Positions 57,748 through 64,000 of a stretch of DNA of 64,000 nt are shown here, one piece after another. The notes under the pieces were generated by a model. It was not told where the DNA came from, did not search any database, and was given only the letters and a program-made list of their open reading frames with translations. Origin of the DNA: a virus. Position 1 is the stretch's first letter. The number at the start of each line of letters is the position of its first letter. The position numbers and the translations under genes are program-made. The stretch spans positions 1-64,000 of IMG/VR virus record IMGVR_UViG_3300035034_002798; one strand, 5' to 3'.

Positions 57748-57844
57748 TGTTTGACACCTATACTAACTTGGTCCTCCTCTTGCGAGTGAGGAATAGTTAT
57801 AAGTGACGCCTTCTCTAGATGGGTCGGGCGTCGAACGTCAAACA
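57748..57844 (-). other. structured 5' leader (three-way junction)
   Basis: TGTTTGAC/GTCAAACA closing stem, GACGCC/GGCGTC arm, long arm capped by CTC-GCAA-GAG. Confidence 0.5.
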
Positions 57845-58070
57845 TAAATGTATATATAATACGTGGTCCCCCTCTAGGTTTTTACCCCAATTTTTGATAT
57901 CTACAATGGCATTTTTCCAACTTCATACAACAACCGTAAAGGGGTGGGGTCTATATATGGCCCGGGCGGAAGATAAATAAAAGGGGTGGTCTCAAAATAT
58001 TTTCATATAATTTTTGATAATCCCAATAGCTTTTTGCTATAAAAAAACAGGATTCATTAAAATAAAAAGC

Positions 58071-58095
58071 AGGAATAAAGAGATAGACCGAGAAT
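58071..58095 (+). promoter_or_regulatory. possible sigmaH-type promoter for par operon
   Basis: GCAGGAAT, 17 nt, GAAT matches Bacillus sigmaH consensus layout. Confidence 0.4.
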
Positions 58096-58125
58096 AATTA
58101 GAACAAGACAGGCCAAAAACCATGA

Positions 58126-58505
58126 CAGCAAATTGCTGTTGCAAGTAATGTCCTGGTGCAATTGCTGGTAATGGTAATGGCAATAGTGCAAGCAAGTTAA
58201 TTACTCTTATGACGGGGATTTAATTGCTGGCAATGGTACAAGCCCATCAACAATGATGGTGCAAGTGCTGGTAATGTGATGGTGCAAGTGCTGGCAGAAT
58301 AATGGCAGAAGTGCTGTTAAAATTACTGGTGCAAGTAATGTTGAAATCAAAACCACAAGTACTGGTAATTCTACAAGCGAAAGCACAAGGGCTTTTACAA
58401 TTGAATCCAGAATTAAAAGTAATTGCACAATTGCTTATGGAAGTACAAGTGAGGTTGCAAGCACAATTGCAAGTAACACTAATGGCAAAACTAGAATTAA
58501 TGGCA
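58126..58505 (+). repeat. parS/centromere-like degenerate hexamer array
   Basis: Tandem GCAAGT/GCTGGT/AATGGT/GATGGT/ACAAGT units directly upstream of parA. Confidence 0.65.
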
Positions 58506-58519
58506 AAGGAGATGGTAAT

Positions 58520-59284
58520 TTGAAGAAAATTGCGGTTATGAATAACAAGGGAGGGGTCGGAAAATCTACCACAGCAGTAAACTGTGCCCATGGTCTAACT
58601 AAATTAGACTATAAGGTGCTAATAGTAGATATGGATGACCAAAACAATGGCAGTTCTTTTCTAGGCTTTGATGAGGATGATTATGATAAGACTATCTATG
58701 ACATGATAAAGCGGGAAGACAATCAAATACCTGCTAAGTTCGAGGAAGTGGTGGTCAGTGCAAGAGAAAACTTAGACTTACTTCCTAACTCTAAAATGAA
58801 ATATATTGAATCCTATTTTAATAATCACAGAAGATTGGACATAGCTTTAGATGAAATCTTAGGAGATTTAGAGGAGAGAGGTTATGATTTTGTAATATTC
58901 GACTGCGGACCAAAAAGATCGATGGTAAATGATGCTGTATTATTATATGTAAGCGCAATCATAATGCCGGTCCAGACTGAAGGAGCTTCAGTAGAGTCGG
59001 TTGGTAATATGTACGACTACCTAAATGATCTAAGATTAAGCAGCGATATGATCCAGGTAGTAATACCAACTATGTTTGATATTAGAACTAATGAAGCCAA
59101 AGATAAATATAAACTATTAAAAGAGATATTCGAGGACGAACAGGAGCTCTTAACTGAGCCAGTTCACAGAAGGACAAAAATAGCCGAATCAACTTCTTTA
59201 GGTAAGACTGTATTTGAATACGACGAGGAAGCGGCAAAGCAGTACTTTACCGTGCTAGAAAAGGTGGTGGAGAGAATTGTCTAA
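58520..59284 (+). CDS. parA: ParA/Soj partition ATPase (type Ib size)
   Basis: KGGVGKST, VDMDDQ.N, YDFVIFDCGP, PTMFD.RT. Confidence 0.93.
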   Translation: MKKIAVMNNKGGVGKSTTAVNCAHGLTKLDYKVLIVDMDDQNNGSSFLGFDEDDYDKTIYDMIKREDNQIPAKFEEVVVSARENLDLLPNSKMKYIESYFNNHRRLDIALDEILGDLEERGYDFVIFDCGPKRSMVNDAVLLYVSAIIMPVQTEGASVESVGNMYDYLNDLRLSSDMIQVVIPTMFDIRTNEAKDKYKLLKEIFEDEQELLTEPVHRRTKIAESTSLGKTVFEYDEEAAKQYFTVLEKVVERIV

Positions 59285-59690
59285 AAAAGATGATCAAAAT
59301 GAAGAGTTCTTTAATGGTTTGAAAGAGAAGACTAAAAAAGAGGACGAAGAAAAACAGGAAGCTAATGAAAAGCTTAAAGATAAGGTTAAAGGTAAGAAGG
59401 ATAAAGCCAAATCGGAAGATGTTGATGGTGAAAGTGATGGTGCAAGTGAAAGTGATGGCACTTCTGCAAGTGCAAGTGATGTTAAAAGTGATTCTGAAAG
59501 TGAAAGGGATGATTCTTTTATACTTAAATCTAAGGGAATTAAGGAGCAGAAGACAAAAAAGACTTATTACTTCTATCCAACTCAATTGAGGAAAGTAAGA
59601 GAGTTATCTGAGCGTTCAGGCAGAGATATGTCAGATATCATCAGAACATCTATCGACTATTTCTACGAACATGTTGAAGTAAGAGACTAA
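59277..59690 (+). CDS. ribbon-helix-helix centromere-binding protein
   Basis: Disordered N-terminus, C-terminal KTYYF...Q..KV.ELS..SG..MSDIIR..ID; overlaps parA stop. Confidence 0.75.
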   Translation: MSKKDDQNEEFFNGLKEKTKKEDEEKQEANEKLKDKVKGKKDKAKSEDVDGESDGASESDGTSASASDVKSDSESERDDSFILKSKGIKEQKTKKTYYFYPTQLRKVRELSERSGRDMSDIIRTSIDYFYEHVEVRD

Positions 59691-59941
59691 TTAGGGGCTT
59701 ATATTAATGAATACCCAATATAGACTTAACATTCTCGAATAAGTAAGCCACAGCAGGGAACAGCGACCATTATAAGAGCTTGTAGCCGGAGGGTGCATAT
59801 TTGATCATCACTAACCCTAAATCCTTATAGTAGGTGTTTATTAAGCTTAGAAGACAAACAAAAAAAGTCCCAGCCAGAAAATGGCCAGGACTAAAATATA
59901 GTGGTGTGTAAAATAAAATTTTTGGAAAACCATAAATAAGT

Positions 59942-59977
59942 AAGACTGGCCTAAATAAATGGGCCAGTCTTTTTTAT
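59942..59977. terminator. terminator between convergent genes
   Basis: AAGACTGGCC/GGCCAGTCTT stem plus T-run. Confidence 0.7.
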
Positions 59978-59988
59978 GTTAAGTCTAT

Positions 59989-60390
59989 TTATCTTAGTAG
60001 TCTATGCTTTCTCATGTTCTGAAAACATTCTTCGCAGACATATTTTTCTTTTGCTGGTATTAAATCATAACTACCAGTCCTATCCTTTTCACAGACAACA
60101 CATTCATCTTTTTCAAACTCTATTGAAACCGAACCGTCATCATTAACAAAGGTGCTATAATTTTGACCATTACTTAGTTCGAACAATTCAATTATGGTGT
60201 CTGGTATCTCTAGGGTATTACCAATGGCCTCACTGCTAAATTCCTCATTGCAGCTCACACACATAAGAGTACTACCACATTCTCTTCTTAATACTTTAAG
60301 CGATAGGTCACCTGTTATGTTTATACATCTACTACCTGTTTCCCCTTGAAGCTCTACAGTGTTGTCCAACATAACCGCCTTAAATCCCAT
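59989..60390 (-). CDS. AbrB-like regulator with C-terminal zinc ribbon
   Basis: LEIP..I.E.FEL..G......V.D.G.V.I followed by CVVC...VCEEC; true start MGFKAV. Confidence 0.55.
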   Translation of the reverse strand: MGFKAVMLDNTVELQGETGSRCINITGDLSLKVLRRECGSTLMCVSCNEEFSSEAIGNTLEIPDTIIELFELSNGQNYSTFVNDDGSVSIEFEKDECVVCEKDRTGSYDLIPAKEKYVCEECFQNMRKHRLLR

Positions 60391-60543
60391 CTTTAAATTC
60401 AACTCCTTAATCGTTTGATATATTATTGATCTTCTCCTGTTCTTTAAATTCAACTCCTTAATCGTTTGATATATTATTGATCTTCTCCTGTTCTTTAAAT
60501 TCAACTCCTTAATCGTTTGATATATTATTGATCTTCTCCTGTT
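60391..60543. repeat. three exact tandem 51-bp repeats
   Basis: CTTTAAATTCAACTCCTTAATCGTTTGATATATTATTGATCTTCTCCTGTT x3, no spacers. Confidence 0.95.
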
Positions 60544-60738
60544 CTTATAATCAAAAAATTATCAACATAATCTATGTTATCATGATAACTTAGTCTTTAA
60601 AAGAACTTTTTTTATTCGACAAATTAAGACAAATAATGCTCGTATACCGTGATAACAGGTTATATATTATCACAAGTTTTTTCATATTAAAAGGATAAAT
60701 GCACAAACATCTGTTTTTTTAACGTAAAAAACGGGATT

Positions 60739-60796
60739 TGGTTAGGAATCCCAGTCTCTACTTGGCAAAACACCCTCTAAAATGCGTATTATATAT
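60739..60796 (+). promoter_or_regulatory. 19-bp-spacer promoter class, copy 2
   Basis: TGGTTAGGAA...CTTGGCAAAACACCCTCTAAAATGCGTATTATATATA. Confidence 0.6.
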
Positions 60797-60833
60797 AATA
60801 GAAGATAATTTAATTTTAACAAGGGGGAGAAGT

Positions 60834-62048
60834 ATGTTATTAGTTAAACCAGTACTAAAATGCGATTTAAACTGCGATTATTGTTACGAACACCAGGAAG
60901 GACTTTTAGAATCAGATAAGTCCAATGTAGAAACTGATATAGAACTAATGAAAGAGTCGATAGAAAAACATCATGAAAGATTTGGCAATAGAGATGGGAT
61001 CACAATCCACGGTGGTGAGCCGCTACTGCTTCCGATAGACGAGTTAGAAGAATTGATTAGATTTTCAAACGAGATTCTGGATAAAAACGATCTAGGAAAA
61101 AAAGTAGGAATCCAAACAAATGGAAATCTTATCACCGATGAGCATGTAGAATTATTTAAAAAACATGATGTTGGTGTTGGAATTTCTTTTGATGGATTCG
61201 GTGACTTGAATGATCTAAGAGGTTATCCAGATGTTGAAAGAACAAAAGAATACACTAACAGACTTGAAGATACTCTTAAAAAACTGGTAGATGCTGGTGT
61301 ACGCCCAGGTTTTATTTCCGTATTGCACCAAGGTAATGTTGGCACTGATGAAAAATTAGACAAGTTTTTAAACTTTTTAAGAAGATTAGAAGAAGAATTT
61401 GATATTACAGGTGGTAGGTTAAACCTTGCATTCATAGATGGAGATACTCCAGAAATAGAACTAAGTAGAGAGAGAGCTGCAATAGTTTATGAAAGACTAG
61501 CTGAATACGTCCTGAGTTCGCCTCGTAGAAGATATAATCCTTTTAGGGAATTTGCTGACAACTTAATGGGATACGGATTAGGCTGCTGCACTCAAACAAA
61601 GTGCGAACCTTTCAAAACACCAGCAGGCAGGGTTGTATTACCAGACGGAGACCTTTCTACGTGTGTAAAACAGGTAGATGAAGGCGGTAATCCAATTCCT
61701 TTTGATGATAATAGTTTTACTGGTAGACATGAGTTATTATTACAGAAAGACTGCCAAGGATGCCGTTTCTTCAAGGTGTGTTACGGTGGTTGTCCAGGAA
61801 GAGCAAGAGACGATGATTATATGAGAAAAGATCATTATTGTAAAGCAACTTTTAAAACTTATGCTTACATCACAGAGAGAATGCAGTCCATGTTTCCACA
61901 TATAGACCTAGTAGTAGATGAACCGATAAGAATAGAAGATGAACATAAAGATTACAGAAATAGATCCGGCAGAAACAGTAAGCACAATCCATTCAAGAGA
62001 ATGCATGCTCAAAGATCTTTATTTGACAGCAGTAAATTAAATAGATAG
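60834..62048 (+). CDS. radical SAM/SPASM peptide maturase candidate
   Basis: CDLNCDYC, HGGEPLL, IQTNG, GISFDG, CC...C, DGDLSTC, CQGCRFFKVCYGGCP...YC; start at ATG 60834 behind GGGGGAG. Confidence 0.9.
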   Translation: MLLVKPVLKCDLNCDYCYEHQEGLLESDKSNVETDIELMKESIEKHHERFGNRDGITIHGGEPLLLPIDELEELIRFSNEILDKNDLGKKVGIQTNGNLITDEHVELFKKHDVGVGISFDGFGDLNDLRGYPDVERTKEYTNRLEDTLKKLVDAGVRPGFISVLHQGNVGTDEKLDKFLNFLRRLEEEFDITGGRLNLAFIDGDTPEIELSRERAAIVYERLAEYVLSSPRRRYNPFREFADNLMGYGLGCCTQTKCEPFKTPAGRVVLPDGDLSTCVKQVDEGGNPIPFDDNSFTGRHELLLQKDCQGCRFFKVCYGGCPGRARDDDYMRKDHYCKATFKTYAYITERMQSMFPHIDLVVDEPIRIEDEHKDYRNRSGRNSKHNPFKRMHAQRSLFDSSKLNR

Positions 62049-62065
62049 AGAAAGAAGGTGCTAGG

Positions 62066-62395
62066 ATGGGAGGACATACAGACTACCCCCATGATAATTG
62101 GGGGGTAGATTCTGATAGACTAAAAGGAGAAAACGTAAAAGACGCCAGGGATATCAAAAATAATGATAGTAAGTTCAGAGGGAATGTGGTAGATAACGAC
62201 GCAAAGCAAAGCAACCATATTCCAGAAAATGACGACAAGGCAAGGTGGACACATTTCGACCACAGTGATTACACAGACACTCATCGGGATTATGGTTATG
62301 ATGTTTATACAAATACCGGTCATGATGACCACACAAATAGTGGCCACGACGATCACACAAATTCTGGGCATGATACACATACTGACAGAGGTTAG
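62066..62395 (+). CDS. His/Tyr-x-Asp/Asn repeat peptide 1 (putative rSAM substrate)
   Basis: HFD HSD YTD HRD YTN and (G)HDDHTNS x2; repeats differ at synonymous positions. Confidence 0.75.
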   Translation: MGGHTDYPHDNWGVDSDRLKGENVKDARDIKNNDSKFRGNVVDNDAKQSNHIPENDDKARWTHFDHSDYTDTHRDYGYDVYTNTGHDDHTNSGHDDHTNSGHDTHTDRG

Positions 62396-62426
62396 TAATA
62401 TCAAAAGAAGATAGAGGTGATTTAAT

Positions 62427-62744
62427 TTGGGATATGATTTATATGTAGATGATTACGCTAAATATGATAAAACAGGATCTTATGATGCTGGATCATACGG
62501 GGACGGTCATTCGGACGACTCTGGTAGTGGTTATAGTGATGATGGTGGTTATAGCGAGTCAAGTCATGATACTCACAGCGATCACGATACGCACAGCAAC
62601 TATGGTCATGATACGCATTCAAATTACGGCTATGATGATCATAATGACAATGGTAGTCACGATAACCACACAGACGGAACCTACAATCAGCATACAGATG
62701 CTCCCCACGACAATAGTCACAGCGATTCTCCAGATTTATGGTAG
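62427..62744 (+). CDS. His/Tyr-x-Asp/Asn repeat peptide 2 (putative rSAM substrate)
   Basis: HDTHSD HDTHSN HDTHSN YDDHND HDNHTD YNQHTD; GAGGTGA SD. Confidence 0.75.
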   Translation: MGYDLYVDDYAKYDKTGSYDAGSYGDGHSDDSGSGYSDDGGYSESSHDTHSDHDTHSNYGHDTHSNYGYDDHNDNGSHDNHTDGTYNQHTDAPHDNSHSDSPDLW

Positions 62745-62775
62745 ATTATTTTCTTTTAACAAGAAAAACTGGAAA

Positions 62776-62835
62776 TGGTTAGGAAAATCTTTTTCGACTT
62801 GGCAAAACACCCCCTAAAACGGGTATTATATATAT
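62776..62835 (+). promoter_or_regulatory. 19-bp-spacer promoter class, copy 3
   Basis: TGGTTAGGAA...CTTGGCAAAACACCCCCTAAAACGGGTATTATATATA. Confidence 0.6.
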
Positions 62836-62879
62836 AGAAGCACATTTAAATAAAGGCGTGCTTACAGGAGTGACAACGG

Positions 62880-63038
62880 ATGAAATGCAACAAATGCCAC
62901 AGCAATGTTCAGAAAATATTACTAGACAATAGGAAAAAGCCCAGCATGTATGCATATTACTGTAGTAACTGCGGCAATTTCTGGGTTAAGTTAGAAAATG
63001 ACGATGATAAGGATAGTCAGAGCAGGGAAAACTCATAA
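62880..63038 (+). CDS. small zinc-ribbon protein (52 aa, not in ORF track)
   Basis: MKCNKC...YYCSNCGNFW; AGGAG SD. Confidence 0.6.
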   Translation: MKCNKCHSNVQKILLDNRKKPSMYAYYCSNCGNFWVKLENDDDKDSQSRENS

Positions 63039-63075
63039 ACCAGCCTGGAGCTCGGCTATCCTTCATATATAGATT

Positions 63076-63753
63076 ATGGAGGTTGAAGTTATGAGCGATT
63101 CTCAAGAAGTTATAGAACAAGAAGCAGAAGACAACTATCCCAGTGAATGGAATCTCTCAGAAGAGGGGAAGAGAAATATAGCCCACGCAAAGACAGAGCA
63201 ACAGGTTAAGCACGGTCTTTATGCCGGCATACCTATGATATGTCTTGATGATAAATGTCCTTACAAGGAGACGTGTGGCTATTACAAAAACGATAATGCC
63301 CCAGAAGGAGAGCGTTGTCCAAAAGAGATCGCAAAAGTATTAGACCTTTATGAGAAATACAGTAAACAAATGGGTTTAGAAAGTAAAGACATGGTTGAAT
63401 TATCACTGCTTAAAGAGGTAATAGACCTTGACATAAAAATAGACAGGGCTGACAGGAAACAGGCGGCTGATCCAGATTTAATTAATGATGTGCCGGTAGC
63501 TGTTAGTGATTCTGGTAAGGTAATCAGAAAGCCAGAGATCAATAAAGTAGCTGAGTTAAAAGATAAGCTATTAGATAGAAGACATAAGATATTAAGTTAC
63601 CTGAATGCAACACCAAAAGACCAATCAGCTGATAAACTCGAGATATCTCAGGATCCAAGTACTTATGCTGCCAAGCTTCTGAAAAAGAAGCAGGAATCAG
63701 AAAAGGAAAAGACTGTTGAGATAGAGGCAGAGTCGGAAGCTGAAGAAGAATAA
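63076..63753 (+). CDS. possible terminase small subunit-like protein
   Basis: KHGLYA motif, Cys cluster, helical body ending LNATPKD; position at start of + strand arm. Confidence 0.4.
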   Translation: MEVEVMSDSQEVIEQEAEDNYPSEWNLSEEGKRNIAHAKTEQQVKHGLYAGIPMICLDDKCPYKETCGYYKNDNAPEGERCPKEIAKVLDLYEKYSKQMGLESKDMVELSLLKEVIDLDIKIDRADRKQAADPDLINDVPVAVSDSGKVIRKPEINKVAELKDKLLDRRHKILSYLNATPKDQSADKLEISQDPSTYAAKLLKKKQESEKEKTVEIEAESEAEEE

Positions 63754-63891
63754 ATCATTCCCTAGTCTTTTCAATAAATTTTTATAGATTGATACAAACC
63801 AAATTAAATCCCTCGCAACAAATACTCCCTCCAATAGGAGTGCCCTCATGAGTGGTACTCCTATAACACATCCATTCAAGGAGGCTTTCCA

Positions 63892-64000
63892 ATGAAAAGA
63901 CAATTAGACGAAAACAGATTAGTAGATGTATATGTTCACAATAGACTGGATGAGATCATTATCTCCAGAAAGAACACTCAGGAGGAGATAAATCAAAGGA
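63892..64000 (+). CDS. hypothetical protein, partial
   Basis: AAGGAGG SD, MKRQLDENRLVDV..., open to window end. Confidence 0.55.
   Translation, partial: MKRQLDENRLVDVYVHNRLDEIIISRKNTQEEINQR

Noticed and set aside
37-57754. Numerous + strand ORFs in the track (e.g. 37-342, 8204-8554, 56750-57439)
   Set aside because: Antisense shadows of minus-strand genes, Ser/Leu/Phe-rich, no SD
58207-58591. ORFs 58207-58428, 58247-58591 and 58302-58523
   Set aside because: Explained by the period-6 repeat array, which suppresses stop codons; no SD
60391-60543. CRISPR array, or N-terminal repeat extension of the 59989 ORF
   Set aside because: Repeats abut with no spacers and no cas genes; extension is a by-product of the in-frame triplication
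62120-62817. Cys-rich or Met/Ile/Thr-rich alternative-frame ORFs over the repeat peptides
   Set aside because: Frame shadows; SD sites and synonymous variation support the His/Asp frames

Overview
64 kb of a large, low-GC mobile replicon with Firmicutes-type genes, most consistent with a phage or phage-plasmid. The acidic proteins, anaerobic NrdG and a possible outer-membrane beta-signal suggest a halophilic, anaerobic, possibly diderm (Halanaerobiales-like) host; this is inference. Positions 1-57732 are coded almost entirely on the minus strand. They carry replication, recombination and nucleotide genes (dnaE, dnaN, dnaG, PcrA-like helicase, recA, two SSBs, SNF2 helicase, RNase H, dUTPase, dCMP deaminase, dNMP kinase, nrdG), a Ycf46-type AAA/DUF1257/DUF2997 module with GroES inside it, two tandem radical SAM/SPASM paralogues, repair or anti-defence candidates (RtcB, NADAR, macrodomain, RadC, Gam-like) and many small unknown genes. 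The strand switches near 58 kb, followed by a type Ib ParA/RHH partition cassette with hexamer repeats, a radical SAM/SPASM gene with two His/Tyr-x-Asp/Asn repeat peptides, and a possible terminase small subunit. The strongest unexplained signals are: (1) a candidate virus-borne RiPP-like cassette at 60834-62744; (2) nine dispersed intergenic GTCAA-loop-TTGAC hairpins with the geometry of single-stranded-DNA (Frpo-like) promoters; (3) a ~345-nt orphan structured RNA at 50736-51080 whose motif order resembles HEARO/omegaRNA, together with two RuvC-less PLMP-HNH (IshB-like) genes elsewhere; (4) a tRNA/tmRNA-like RNA at 24326-24619. No CRISPR array, canonical tRNA, rRNA, integrase, relaxase or virion structural gene was recognised. 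All calls come from manual motif reading; no searches were run.
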